The position numbers were made by a program, and so were the translations under genes. From positions 1 through 50,886 of the forward strand of contig CAZRKG010000005.1 of NCBI GenBank assembly GCA_964600635.1: 50,886 bases of DNA, in the 5' to 3' direction. The notes below the pieces were generated by a model. It worked only from the letters and a program-made list of their open reading frames with translations. It was not told the DNA's origin and ran no database searches. The stretch is from an uncultured Geobacter sp. (lineage in GTDB: Bacteria > Desulfobacterota > Desulfuromonadia > Geobacterales > Pseudopelobacteraceae). Of the stretch, positions 20,954 to 30,351 are shown piece after piece. The stretch's first letter is position 1, and every line of letters starts with the position of its first letter.

Positions 20954-21491
20954 GGCTTTAAGAGTGCTGTCAGAGGCCGACTGCCTGGCGGATCAACAGG
21001 TGGTTGAGGATACTATTGTCAAGCTGGCCCGTCAGATTACGGAAAGGATCGGTAAGCAGAATCCTCTGGTGCTTTGCATTATGAATGGCGGACTGATCTT
21101 TACCGGCCAACTGTTGACCAGGCTGAGTTTCCCGCTGGAGGTGGGGTACCTGCATGTATCCCGCTATGGTATGGCCCGTAGTGGTGGTGAGCTGGAATGG
21201 GTTGCACCGTTTTGTATGGAGCTGTCCGGCAGAACGGTGCTGCTGGTGGATGATATTCTGGATGAAGGTGTGACTCTGCTGGCTCTGATGGAGGAGTGCC
21301 GCAGACGTGGTGCCAGGGAAGTTCTGTCAGCAGTATTGGTAGAAAAGCAGCATGAGCGTAAGGCCAGGGTCGGTTTCATTGCAGATTTTACCGGTCTGAA
21401 GGTTCCAGACCGGTTTGTGTTTGGATATGGCCTTGACTATGAAGGCTGTTGGCGTAATGCCCCTGGCATATATGCAGCAAAGGGGATGTAA
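20940..21491 (+). CDS. hpt: Hypoxanthine-guanine phosphoribosyltransferase
   Basis: PRPP motif VLLVDDILDEGVTL, SRY loop, FVFGYGLDY...RN. RBS ggagg before ATG 20940. Confidence 0.88.
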   Translation: MEMIEALRVLSEADCLADQQVVEDTIVKLARQITERIGKQNPLVLCIMNGGLIFTGQLLTRLSFPLEVGYLHVSRYGMARSGGELEWVAPFCMELSGRTVLLVDDILDEGVTLLALMEECRRRGAREVLSAVLVEKQHERKARVGFIADFTGLKVPDRFVFGYGLDYEGCWRNAPGIYAAKGM

Positions 21492-21492
21492 T

Positions 21493-21614
21493 TACCAATT
21501 CTATATCAAAGCGTCTTTTTTGTTGGATCGTCATCGGATTCTCAACGTACTGCGTTACGCCTTCGTCGCCGATTTCCTCGCCACCTTGAATCCATCTTTG
21601 ATCTGTAATTGGAA
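21493..21614 (+). mobile_element. MITE-like repeat, copy 3 (122 bp, most degenerate)
   Basis: Same internal sequence with a 1-nt deletion in the central hairpin; fills the gap between the convergent hpt and ndh stop codons. Confidence 0.85.
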
Positions 21615-21623
21615 TAAAACGGT

Positions 21624-22901
21624 TCAACTCTGCTTGTTGTCTGAGTCACAATTACAGTTTGTGGAGTGTCTGGTTATCAAACGTACCTGCCTCTCATGGA
21701 ACCAGTAGTACCATAGCCAGTTCAGCATGACGACAATCCTGTTACGGAAACCGATCAGGTAATAAACATGCAATAGCAGCCAGGCCATCCAGGCAGAAAA
21801 ACCCTTCAGGTTCATGCCAAAGCTGGTGGCTACAGCGGTATTACGGCCAATGGTGGCCATGCTGCCTTTATCCTGATAAACAAACGGTGCCGGTGTTTCT
21901 CCACGTTCACGGGCCAGCACAGCCGTACCAGCATAATGTCCCATCTGCATTGCCACCGGTGCCACCATAGGCAGAACCTGTCCATCCTGCTCAAGCCAGG
22001 CCATATCACCAACCACAAATACTTCGGGCTGTTCCGCCAATGTCAGGTCAGGCTGTACCTTGATCCTGCCACCTCCGCCCCGTTCTGCTTCAAGCAGTCC
22101 AGCCAGGGGAGCGGCCTTTACACCAGCAGACCATACCAAAGTGTGGCTTGGGATAATTGCCCCATCATGCAGAATAATCTTTGTTGCATCGGCATCCACA
22201 ACCTGGGCGTTAAGCAGTACCTCAACACCCATATTACGCAGTTTCTGTACGGTGTATTGCCCCAGTTCTTCTGGCAGGGCTGCCAGCAGCCGCCCTGTGG
22301 CCTCCACCAGTACTACCCTGGCCATCTGCACACCAAGGTCGGGGTAATCCTTTGCCAGTACATAATGGACCAGTTCTATCAAGGCACCGGCAAACTCCAC
22401 TCCGGTTGGGCCGCCACCCACAATTACAAAGGTCATTAAAGCCCGTTTTCTGGCAGGATCCGGCTCAATTACGGCCTGTTCAAAGCAGCCCAAGATCTGG
22501 TTACGCAGAATTTCGGCATCTTCCAGTGCCTTCAGGTCATAGGCATGTTTCTGGACAGATTCCAGTCCAAAAAAGTTGGTTGTGCTGCCACCACCAACAA
22601 TCAGGTAATCATACCGGATGGTGTTGCTTTTAGTCTGGATCTCACGAGCTGCCAGATCTATTCCGGTTACCTCGGTCAGATTAAAGCGGGTATTTTTCCA
22701 CTGCCTGGCCATGGCTCTGATGGAGTGGGCAATGGACTCCTGTTCAAGTCCGGCACTGGCCACCTGGTATAAAAGCGGCTGAAACAGGTGGTAATTGTTG
22801 CGATCTATCAGCAGTACGTCCAATCCGCTGTTTGACAATGCCCTTGCTGCACGAACACCGGCAAAGCCCATGCCGATTATGACGACCTTTTTCTTGCTCA
22901 T
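21624..22901 (-). CDS. ndh: Type II NADH:quinone oxidoreductase (NDH-2)
   Basis: VIIG.GFAG, HLFQPLLYQVA, VGGGPTGVEFAG, VGD, A.Q.G, KGSMATIGR. Confidence 0.9.
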   Translation of the reverse strand: MSKKKVVIIGMGFAGVRAARALSNSGLDVLLIDRNNYHLFQPLLYQVASAGLEQESIAHSIRAMARQWKNTRFNLTEVTGIDLAAREIQTKSNTIRYDYLIVGGGSTTNFFGLESVQKHAYDLKALEDAEILRNQILGCFEQAVIEPDPARKRALMTFVIVGGGPTGVEFAGALIELVHYVLAKDYPDLGVQMARVVLVEATGRLLAALPEELGQYTVQKLRNMGVEVLLNAQVVDADATKIILHDGAIIPSHTLVWSAGVKAAPLAGLLEAERGGGGRIKVQPDLTLAEQPEVFVVGDMAWLEQDGQVLPMVAPVAMQMGHYAGTAVLARERGETPAPFVYQDKGSMATIGRNTAVATSFGMNLKGFSAWMAWLLLHVYYLIGFRNRIVVMLNWLWYYWFHERQVRLITRHSTNCNCDSDNKQS

Positions 22902-23101
22902 CAGATAACCTTTCAAACAGAATTAAAAAGCAGCCAGGGCAGCTACAAAACCTGTCCTGTACCTTCATCCGGCAGTAGCAGGGCTGCAAGAACAGTGAAC
23001 CCTGGCAGGGTAAACAACATGACACTATAGCCAAAACCTTTTAACAGGTTTTTGATGCAGGTCAAGACAGTATTATATTCTATACGTAGTTTAAGCAGTT
23101 T

Positions 23102-23560
23102 TCAGTCAGTAAGGTCCATGCTCATTGCATTCTCATCACAATCTGGAAATTTAGGGCACTTGATACAGTCGCCCCAGACCTTGTGGGGCAGGGTAGCCTT
23201 ATCCACCAGTACAAAGCCCAGCTTGCCGAAGAACTCTGGCTTATAGGTCAGACAGAAAACCCGCTTTAGGCCCAATTGTCTGGCCTCATCGATGCAGGCA
23301 GAAACAAGGGCAGTGCCAATTCCCTTGCGGCCGGTGCTTTCCGCAACTGCTACAGAGCGGACTTCAGCCAGATCTTCCCAGACAATATGCAGGGCAGCAG
23401 TACCAAGGATATGGCCATCCTGGTCAACCTCCACGTAAAAATCCCGTAAGGCTTCGTACAGCTCTGACAATGAGCGGGAGAGCATCTCCCCTTTACTGGC
23501 GTACAGGGTCAACAGTTTCTGGATCTCTTTTACATCACCAATCTGTGCCTTGCGTAACAT
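23102..23560 (-). CDS. GNAT acetyltransferase, short ArgA-type amino-acid N-acetyltransferase
   Basis: MLSRSLSELYE.LRDF, LAEVRSVAV, FCLTYKPEFF, LPHKVW.DC..CPKFP.CDE.A. The start at 23593 lies within the repeat. Confidence 0.85.
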   Translation of the reverse strand: MLRKAQIGDVKEIQKLLTLYASKGEMLSRSLSELYEALRDFYVEVDQDGHILGTAALHIVWEDLAEVRSVAVAESTGRKGIGTALVSACIDEARQLGLKRVFCLTYKPEFFGKLGFVLVDKATLPHKVWGDCIKCPKFPDCDENAMSMDLTD

Positions 23561-23576
23561 GGCGGTAACCTCGTTA

Positions 23577-23699
23577 TTCCACTTCCATATCAAAGCGTAT
23601 TCTTCGTTGGCTCGTCATCGGCTTCTCAACGTACTGCCTGTACGCCTTTGTCGCCGATCTCCTCGCCGCCTTGAATCTATCTTTGATCTGAAACTGGAT
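23577..23699 (+). mobile_element. 123-bp MITE-like repeat, copy 4
   Basis: TIRs ttccacttccatatcaaag / ctttgatctgaaactggat. Inside an operon gap, 3 nt from the DUF815 gene stop. Confidence 0.87.
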
Positions 23700-23702
23700 T
23701 TT

Positions 23703-24590
23703 TTATTTAAGCAGGCAACTGCCGACCCAGTTATTGGCAAATTGCAGGGCGATTCTGCCGCTCTGGTCACCTTTTTGCCTTGCCCAGACAATGGCAGCCT
23801 GGCGTGTATCCTCATTCCAGATATTTTCTGTACCATGTTGCTGGCTGATCCGTTCTACCCATTGGCGGGCAACTTCAAGAAACTGGTCCTGGGTAAAGGG
23901 GTGGAAGCCGATCCAAAGCCCGAAACGACCGGAAAGTGAGATTTTTTCTTCCACTGTTTCACCATGATGGATTTCATTATTAACCATCATGGCACCACGG
24001 TTGTCGCTCTCATATTCCGGCAGCAGGTGACGACGGTTGGATGTGATGTAGATCAAAGCATTTTCCGGTGGGGCATAAACCGAACCATCCAGGGCACTTT
24101 TCAGCATTTTATAGCTGGATTCACCGACTTCAAAGGAAACATCATCGGAAAACAGAATAAAACGGTATGGCTGCTGTTTAATGGCATCCACAATGGCCGG
24201 CAGATGCACCAGATCATCTTTATCCACCTGAATTACACGCAGCCCGTCTGCTGCATAGCGGCTTAAAAGTGCCCGTACCAGGGTGGATTTACCGGTACCG
24301 CGGGTACCCCACAACAGGGCGTTATTGGCAGGCAGGCCAGCCAGAAACTGGCGGGTGTTCTGCTCAACCGTTGCCTTCTGGCTATCAATACCAAGCAGAT
24401 CCTCCAGGTGGAAGGATTCTATCTCTGGCACCGGTTCCAGGTAGCCGCTGTTACCACGTCTACGCCAGTTTGCGGCATGGGTTACTGACCAATCTACCTT
24501 TGGTGCCGGTTTGGGTAGAATCTGCTCCACCGCATCCAGTACCCGTTTCAGTTGTTCCATCATCGTTGTGTCAAGGGTTATTGAGGTCAT
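23703..24590 (-). CDS. DUF815-family AAA+ ATPase
   Basis: PANNALLWGTRGTGKS Walker A, FILFSDD, LKSALDGS, TSNRRHL, EEKISLS.RFGLW. Confidence 0.9.
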   Translation of the reverse strand: MTSITLDTTMMEQLKRVLDAVEQILPKPAPKVDWSVTHAANWRRRGNSGYLEPVPEIESFHLEDLLGIDSQKATVEQNTRQFLAGLPANNALLWGTRGTGKSTLVRALLSRYAADGLRVIQVDKDDLVHLPAIVDAIKQQPYRFILFSDDVSFEVGESSYKMLKSALDGSVYAPPENALIYITSNRRHLLPEYESDNRGAMMVNNEIHHGETVEEKISLSGRFGLWIGFHPFTQDQFLEVARQWVERISQQHGTENIWNEDTRQAAIVWARQKGDQSGRIALQFANNWVGSCLLK

Positions 24591-24683
24591 TTTTAATCTA
24601 TTCCTTTGCTATAGCTGATTTGCTTTTTTAAACAGAATGTTATTTTCAAGATGTACATGCTCAGGCTCATGATGAACCCCTTT

Positions 24684-25172
24684 CTATTTGCTGTAGCCCA
24701 CTTCCACCATGGCAGGTTGCAGCAGACGGATCAGATCAGCAGGGGCCAGCCCCACCAGGAAGCCACGTTTGCCGCCATTGATATATATCTTTGGCAGCTC
24801 TGCAATCCCCTTTTCCAGATAAATTGGCAACTGTTTTTTTGTTCCAAAGGGTGATGTACCACCAGTCAGGTAGCCGGTATGTTTCTGAGCTGTTTCCGGG
24901 TGACACGGCTCTACAGAGCGGACATTGATCTGGCGGGCCAGCTCTTTGGTGGATACATGCAGATCGCCATTCATCAGTATAATCAGCGGCTGCTTTGCAT
25001 CATCCTCCATCACCAGGGTCTTGATTACAACATGTTCATCCACCCCCAGTTCCCTTGCTGATACAGCGGTGCCGCCCTTTTCTTCATAGTTGTAGGGGTG
25101 AGGGCTGAATGTAATTCCAGCAGCACGCAAGGCACGTATTGCCGGTGTAACCGGTATTTTATCCCTGGACAT
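24684..25172 (-). CDS. ybaK: Cys-tRNA(Pro) deacylase
   Basis: TPAIR.L, KTLV, TGY..GG.SPFG, INGGKRG. Confidence 0.9.
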   Translation of the reverse strand: MSRDKIPVTPAIRALRAAGITFSPHPYNYEEKGGTAVSARELGVDEHVVIKTLVMEDDAKQPLIILMNGDLHVSTKELARQINVRSVEPCHPETAQKHTGYLTGGTSPFGTKKQLPIYLEKGIAELPKIYINGGKRGFLVGLAPADLIRLLQPAMVEVGYSK

Positions 25173-25283
25173 CTGGTCAGGCTCCTTGTTGATGATTACC
25201 TATTTGCTTGTTTCAGGATCAATCAGCAGTAGTGCTGCCTGATGTGCCCCTTGTCAGGCATAGCAGGCACCGTTCCTACACAC

Positions 25284-26294
25284 TCAGCAGATCCGTGGCA
25301 ACTGTTCTCCGGCCAGCATTTCTACTTGCCTGAGACCGCCTACTGTGGTCTGTAGCTGTACCCTGCCCGGCTTATCTGCCCCAACCTGCCCGATTATGGC
25401 GGCATCCCTGCCCAGCGGATGCTGCTGCATCCTGGCAAGCAACTGATCTGTTTTGTCAGCGTCCACCACTGCCAGCAGCTTGCCTTCATTGGCTACATAA
25501 AGTGGATCAAAGCCCATAATATCACATACAGCCCGCACCTGCGGTTTAACCGACAGGCAGGCTTCTTCCAGATGCAGAGATACTTTGGATTGCAGTGCAA
25601 TCTCTTTTAATGTTGTGGCCACACCACCACGGGTAGGATCACGCAGCACCCTGATGGAATCACCAGCTTCTGCCAGCATCTCGCTAACCAGACCCCACAA
25701 TGGAGCAGAATCACTCAGCAGTCCTTCTACCGGTAGCCCTTCCCTGGCTGTCATTACAGCAATACCATGATCTGCCATGCTGCCGGAAAGGATGATTTTA
25801 TCCCCTGGCCTGGCATTACAACCCTGGATGGAAAAGCTATGCTCCAGTTTACCAATCCCGGATGTGGTGATAAAGATCCTGTCGGCCTTGCCACGGGGTA
25901 CTACTTTGGTATCTCCTGTAACAATCTGTACTCCGGCAGTATCAGCGGCACTACGCATATCTTTCAGAATTATCTCTAGCTGGCTACGGCTGAACCCTTC
26001 TTCAATAATCAGGCTGCATGAAAGCCAGCAGGGTCTTGCTCCCATCATGGCCAGATCATTCACCGTACCATGTACTGCCAGTGATCCGATGGTGCCACCT
26101 GGAAAGACAGGCGGGTCCACCACATAGCCATCTGTGGTAAAGGCCAGCCTGACATTTCCGGCATCCAGCAGGGCTGCATCGTTTAGCTGTGTCTGGTGCT
26201 GACCGGATAATCTGGCTACAATCAGTTCATCCAGCAGCTTATGAGAGAGAATACCGCCGCTTCCGTGACCAAGCAGGATCAGATCGTCATTCAT
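25284..26294 (-). CDS. hypE: Hydrogenase maturation protein HypE
   Basis: HGSGG, FPGG.IG.LAV.GTVNDLAM, TGDTKVV, RDPTRGG, ANEG, C-terminal LPRIC. Confidence 0.96.
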   Translation of the reverse strand: MNDDLILLGHGSGGILSHKLLDELIVARLSGQHQTQLNDAALLDAGNVRLAFTTDGYVVDPPVFPGGTIGSLAVHGTVNDLAMMGARPCWLSCSLIIEEGFSRSQLEIILKDMRSAADTAGVQIVTGDTKVVPRGKADRIFITTSGIGKLEHSFSIQGCNARPGDKIILSGSMADHGIAVMTAREGLPVEGLLSDSAPLWGLVSEMLAEAGDSIRVLRDPTRGGVATTLKEIALQSKVSLHLEEACLSVKPQVRAVCDIMGFDPLYVANEGKLLAVVDADKTDQLLARMQQHPLGRDAAIIGQVGADKPGRVQLQTTVGGLRQVEMLAGEQLPRIC

Positions 26295-26466
26295 AAACCA
26301 CACCCTTTCTACAGAAGCTGTTTCTATCACCAAACCAGCATCTTGTCACGATGCAACCGTTTTCTGGTTCAAATAAAACCGGCTTCATGGTAGAAAGTCT
26401 GGTTGCTGATGTTGTCTGTCAGAAACAGTTTTATATTTAACCGGTTCAAGTTTAAGGAGGTTTGCC

Positions 26467-26727
26467 ATGTTGCGTATTTCAGGGTTAGTGTTAGTGGTTA
26501 TGATTGCAGCTATGATTGTCGGCTGTTCTGCCAAGCCGCACTTCTGGTACAAGGAAGGTGTTTTGCCGGAAGATGCCCATACAGCCCTGGCTGAATGTAA
26601 GTATCAGGTTGGTTTAAGTGGAGTTTCCAGGGATCAGCAGGAGGGTCCGGTGGCAGAATGTATGCAGAACAAAGGCTTTAAACTGTATTCTGAAAGAACT
26701 TCATCCAGTATTCAGAGATCCAAATAA
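26467..26727 (+). CDS. Small lipoprotein with a Cys pair
   Basis: Strong RBS aaggagg, lipobox IVGC, ECKY...ECMQNKGF. Confidence 0.75.
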   Translation: MLRISGLVLVVMIAAMIVGCSAKPHFWYKEGVLPEDAHTALAECKYQVGLSGVSRDQQEGPVAECMQNKGFKLYSERTSSSIQRSK

Positions 26728-26742
26728 CAGGAGATATTATAT

Positions 26743-28071
26743 ATGACAACTTATTGTCCCATGACCACCCTGCCAGAGGCGGCAGGGTATCAAGCTGGTG
26801 ATGTACTGGTACTGATTGGTGAACTGTTTGGCCGTGGTTATGCCAACGGTCTGCTGGAGGAGGCAGAGCGGCTGGGTATGACGGTAATCGGCACCACCGT
26901 TGGTCGTCGTGATAGTGACGGAACCCTGCGTCAGTTGAATGATACTGAACTGGCTGAGGCCGAATCGTTGCTGGGTGGCAGGATCATAAACATCCCCCTT
27001 GAAGCGGGCTTTGATATGGAAAGCCCTGGCAATGCCCCGTCTGTGGCAGAACGCCTTAAAAAAGCCAAGCCAGATGAGTGGGATAAAATCAGTTTTGAGG
27101 ATGGCTTTATTCAACAGGCGATCAACCTTGGGCAGGAACGTTTTCGCAGTAACCTGCAACAGGTGCTGGCCGAGCTGGAAAAGCTGGTGCCAGCTTCATC
27201 CAACATTGTTCTGGCCCACACAATGGCAGGTGGCATCCCCCGTGCCCGTTTTTTCATGCCACTGCTTAACCGTGTCTTTAAAGGCACTGGTGATAAATAC
27301 CTGGCCTCTCAACCGTTCTGGCAGAGTGAAATCGGCCAGTTGTGCGATGCAAGTTTTAATGAAGTTACAGCCGACACCTTCCTGCACCTGATTGAACTGT
27401 CTGAGCCACTTCGCAACCGAGCCGGTTCTGCGGGTAGCAGAGTTGTATATACCGCCTACGGCTACCACGGCACGGCTGTGCTGGTAAACGGTCAGTATCA
27501 ATGGCAATCCTACACCCCGTATCTGCAAGGCTTTGCCAAGATGCGACTGGAAGATCATGCTGCTGCTGCACGCAAACAGGGCATTAACGCCACCGTCTTC
27601 AACTGCCCGGAGATCCTGACCAACTCCAGTGCCCTTTTTCTGGGGGTTGAGCTGTCCCTCTACCCGCTTTTAACCTCTTTGCAGCAGGCAGCACCGCAAG
27701 CTGCCAAAGCTCTGACAGAACGTTGTGCCGCATTGCTGGCAGATGGCAGTTCTCTGGATCAGATGCTGGCAGGTGCTGCTGCATATCTGACTGATCCGCT
27801 GATTAACAATGCTCTGGATTTTGATAGCTGGCCGCAACATTCCAGCCAGGAGCAGATGGAACTTATGCTGGAAAACTCCAGCCACCTGATCGGGATGCAC
27901 AAAGATCAGAAGCAACTGGTCTGTGCCGAGCTGTCACGGGTGGTTTTCCGCACCACAGGCCGCCTGATACTGCAAGGCTCCTGGAGCAGTACCGAAGCTG
28001 CTGTCTGGCTTAACCATGACACCATTGCCAAACTGGTTGCAGAGCCAGATAACGTTTATTTACTTGACTGA
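26743..28071 (+). CDS. Probable FabMG-family enoyl-ACP reductase
   Basis: GDVLVLIGELFGRGYANGL, TVGRRD, IPLEAGFD, AHTMAGGIPRA, YTAYGYHG resemble the FabMG family as I recall it. Neighbours bamD/plsY fit a lipid/envelope role. Confidence 0.65.
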   Translation: MTTYCPMTTLPEAAGYQAGDVLVLIGELFGRGYANGLLEEAERLGMTVIGTTVGRRDSDGTLRQLNDTELAEAESLLGGRIINIPLEAGFDMESPGNAPSVAERLKKAKPDEWDKISFEDGFIQQAINLGQERFRSNLQQVLAELEKLVPASSNIVLAHTMAGGIPRARFFMPLLNRVFKGTGDKYLASQPFWQSEIGQLCDASFNEVTADTFLHLIELSEPLRNRAGSAGSRVVYTAYGYHGTAVLVNGQYQWQSYTPYLQGFAKMRLEDHAAAARKQGINATVFNCPEILTNSSALFLGVELSLYPLLTSLQQAAPQAAKALTERCAALLADGSSLDQMLAGAAAYLTDPLINNALDFDSWPQHSSQEQMELMLENSSHLIGMHKDQKQLVCAELSRVVFRTTGRLILQGSWSSTEAAVWLNHDTIAKLVAEPDNVYLLD

Positions 28072-28083
28072 TAAGGCGGCTAT

Positions 28084-28827
28084 ATGAAGTCAATTCTCCG
28101 ACCATTACTACTGTTATTTGCCGGACTGCTGATGCTTGCCGGTTGTGCCAGTACCCCCAAGGTGGATTTTACACCTGATGAGCTTTACAACCTGGGTGAA
28201 ACCGCCTTCAGCAAGAGCCGCTATGAAACCGCAATTGATTACTGGCGGCAGGTGCGGGAAACCTTTCCTGAGCCGGAACTGGCAGCAAGGGCTGAGATCG
28301 GTATTGCCAATGCCTATTTTCTGAATACAGATTACATTGAGGCTGGTGCAGCCTATGAAGAGTTTCGCCGGATGCATCCCGCCAATGATCTTGCCCAGTT
28401 TGCCCTCTACCGTCAGGGACTATCCAGTTTTAACCTGATTAACGGTACAGATACAGATCAGACCCCCATTAAAAATGCCTTGGTGCTGTTTGATAGCTTT
28501 GTACGCCAGTATCCTAAATCCCAATATGTGGAGAAGGTTCAGGATAAAATTACAGAATGCCGCAGCATGATGGCCCAGTATGAGTTTTATGTAGGCCGCT
28601 ATTATTACCGCACCGCTGCCTGGCCCGCTGCCATAGGCCGCCTGGAAGGTGTCCTGGCCAACTTCCCTGACTATACCGATCACGATGAAACCCTGCTGTA
28701 CCTGGCCAGGGCTTATATTAACAACAAGCAGAAGGATAAGGCCCGTACAGCACTGAGCCGTCTGGTGCTGGAATATCCAGGCAGCAGTCATATCGGAGAT
28801 GCCCGCAAGCTGCTTGGCAATCTATGA
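28084..28827 (+). CDS. bamD: Outer membrane protein assembly lipoprotein BamD
   Basis: Lipobox LAGC, TPR helices, DTDQT, YPKSQY, E..VGRYY...AAIGR. Confidence 0.9.
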   Translation: MKSILRPLLLLFAGLLMLAGCASTPKVDFTPDELYNLGETAFSKSRYETAIDYWRQVRETFPEPELAARAEIGIANAYFLNTDYIEAGAAYEEFRRMHPANDLAQFALYRQGLSSFNLINGTDTDQTPIKNALVLFDSFVRQYPKSQYVEKVQDKITECRSMMAQYEFYVGRYYYRTAAWPAAIGRLEGVLANFPDYTDHDETLLYLARAYINNKQKDKARTALSRLVLEYPGSSHIGDARKLLGNL

Positions 28828-29408
28828 TAACCTCTCTGCTATGGATAGTTGCGGCCTACCTGCTGGGGTCTGTCCCCACCGGTCTGCTGCTGGGCAGGCT
28901 GTACGGAATTGATGTCCGTAAAGAAGGCAGTGGTAATATTGGTGCCACCAATCTTTACCGTACGGTTGGGCGTAAGGTGGGGGTCTGGACACTATTTCTG
29001 GATTGCCTGAAAGGGTTTCTGCCGGTGCTGCTGGCTGCTAAACTTGGTTTGCAGGATTCAATGCTGGCCTGGATCGGGCTGGCGGCCTTCTGTGGACATG
29101 TATTTTCAATCTTCCTTAAATTCCAGGGTGGTAAGGGTGTTGCCACTGCCCTGGGTGTTTTTCTGGCTCTGGAACCGCTGGCTGTGCTGGGGGCATTGGT
29201 GGTGTTTCTGCTGCTGGTGCTGGTCTGGCGTTATATCTCGCTAGGCTCTGTAATTGCGGCGGCTGCCATGCCTGTAATCATCTTCTTCCGTCCACACACT
29301 AACCAGCTTCTGCTGGCCACCACCCTGATTTCCCTCACAGTAATCATCAAACACCACTCCAACATCAAGCGGCTCCTGGCTGGTACAGAGAATAAATTCA
29401 AGGCATAG
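28824..29408 (+). CDS. plsY: Glycerol-3-phosphate acyltransferase
   Basis: YLLGSVP, GSGNIGATN, D.LKG, GGKGVAT, H.SNIKRL..G.E. Confidence 0.96.
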   Translation: MITSLLWIVAAYLLGSVPTGLLLGRLYGIDVRKEGSGNIGATNLYRTVGRKVGVWTLFLDCLKGFLPVLLAAKLGLQDSMLAWIGLAAFCGHVFSIFLKFQGGKGVATALGVFLALEPLAVLGALVVFLLLVLVWRYISLGSVIAAAAMPVIIFFRPHTNQLLLATTLISLTVIIKHHSNIKRLLAGTENKFKA

Positions 29409-29493
29409 CTGCCTTTTGTTATCACACCGGTTCAGGCAAGAGCCGGTGCAATTCTGGCATTTTGACCTGTTTTATCCTGCTACAGGAGTTGAG

Positions 29494-30327
29494 ATGAATC
29501 TTGAAAGTTATTTTGCAAGTAAATTGAACGAAAAGAAACCAAAGCTGAACCTGAGCCAGAAAACTTGGGATCGAAGGGCTGATGAGGTCAACCAGTTTAC
29601 TGTTTCAGATAATGATGCAGCCCTGCATAAAGTCTTGCAACACCATAGCCTTGAAGGTGCGAAGCTTATGGAAATCAGCTTTGGCGGTGGCCGACATCTG
29701 TTGGAATTTGCCAAACGTGGTGCATTGGTTAGTGGTGTGGAGATCTCTGCCAATATGCTGAAGCATTGCGAGAAAAAGCTGAAGGATGCTGGCTTGCATT
29801 GGCAGGTGGACAGCCTGCTGCATTCATCATGGGAGGAGCTTCAACTGACTGAACAGGGCTGGCAGGGGGCTTTCGATCTGGTGTTTATGTATATGAGTCC
29901 GGCTATATCCAGTGCAGCCATGTTGCAAAAGGCTCTGGATGCCAGTCGTGTCGGGCTTTATATGTCGCTATACGCCCATCGGGAGGACAGCCTGCTTGGT
30001 GAATTGCAGGACAAGTTTGGCCTGAAGCGTTGCAGCGTAGGCAGCAGAGGTGCAGATGATATTTACAATATATTCAACCTGCTTTTTGCCTGGGGCTACT
30101 TTCCCGAACTTGAATTTGAAGAGATCAGCAAAACCAGCAGCCACTCACCTGAATATATATTACAGCGTTATGCCAGTTGGCTTTGGGCTGATCAGGTTGA
30201 TGATGACAGTTGTAGTAAGTTACTGACGGTATTGCAGGATAAGTCAGTTGATGGCCTAGTCAGCACCCGCAGCCGTGATGTTGTTGGGCACCTGTACCTT
30301 GACAAGCGGATCAGACGGCAGGGATGA
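29494..30327 (+). CDS. Class I SAM-dependent methyltransferase-like protein
   Basis: WDRRA N-terminus, motif I-like MEISFGGGRH, GVEISANML, FDLVF.YMSPA. RBS aggag. Confidence 0.7.
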   Translation: MNLESYFASKLNEKKPKLNLSQKTWDRRADEVNQFTVSDNDAALHKVLQHHSLEGAKLMEISFGGGRHLLEFAKRGALVSGVEISANMLKHCEKKLKDAGLHWQVDSLLHSSWEELQLTEQGWQGAFDLVFMYMSPAISSAAMLQKALDASRVGLYMSLYAHREDSLLGELQDKFGLKRCSVGSRGADDIYNIFNLLFAWGYFPELEFEEISKTSSHSPEYILQRYASWLWADQVDDDSCSKLLTVLQDKSVDGLVSTRSRDVVGHLYLDKRIRRQG

Positions 30328-30351
30328 TTATGCACAGAGAGGAACATTATT

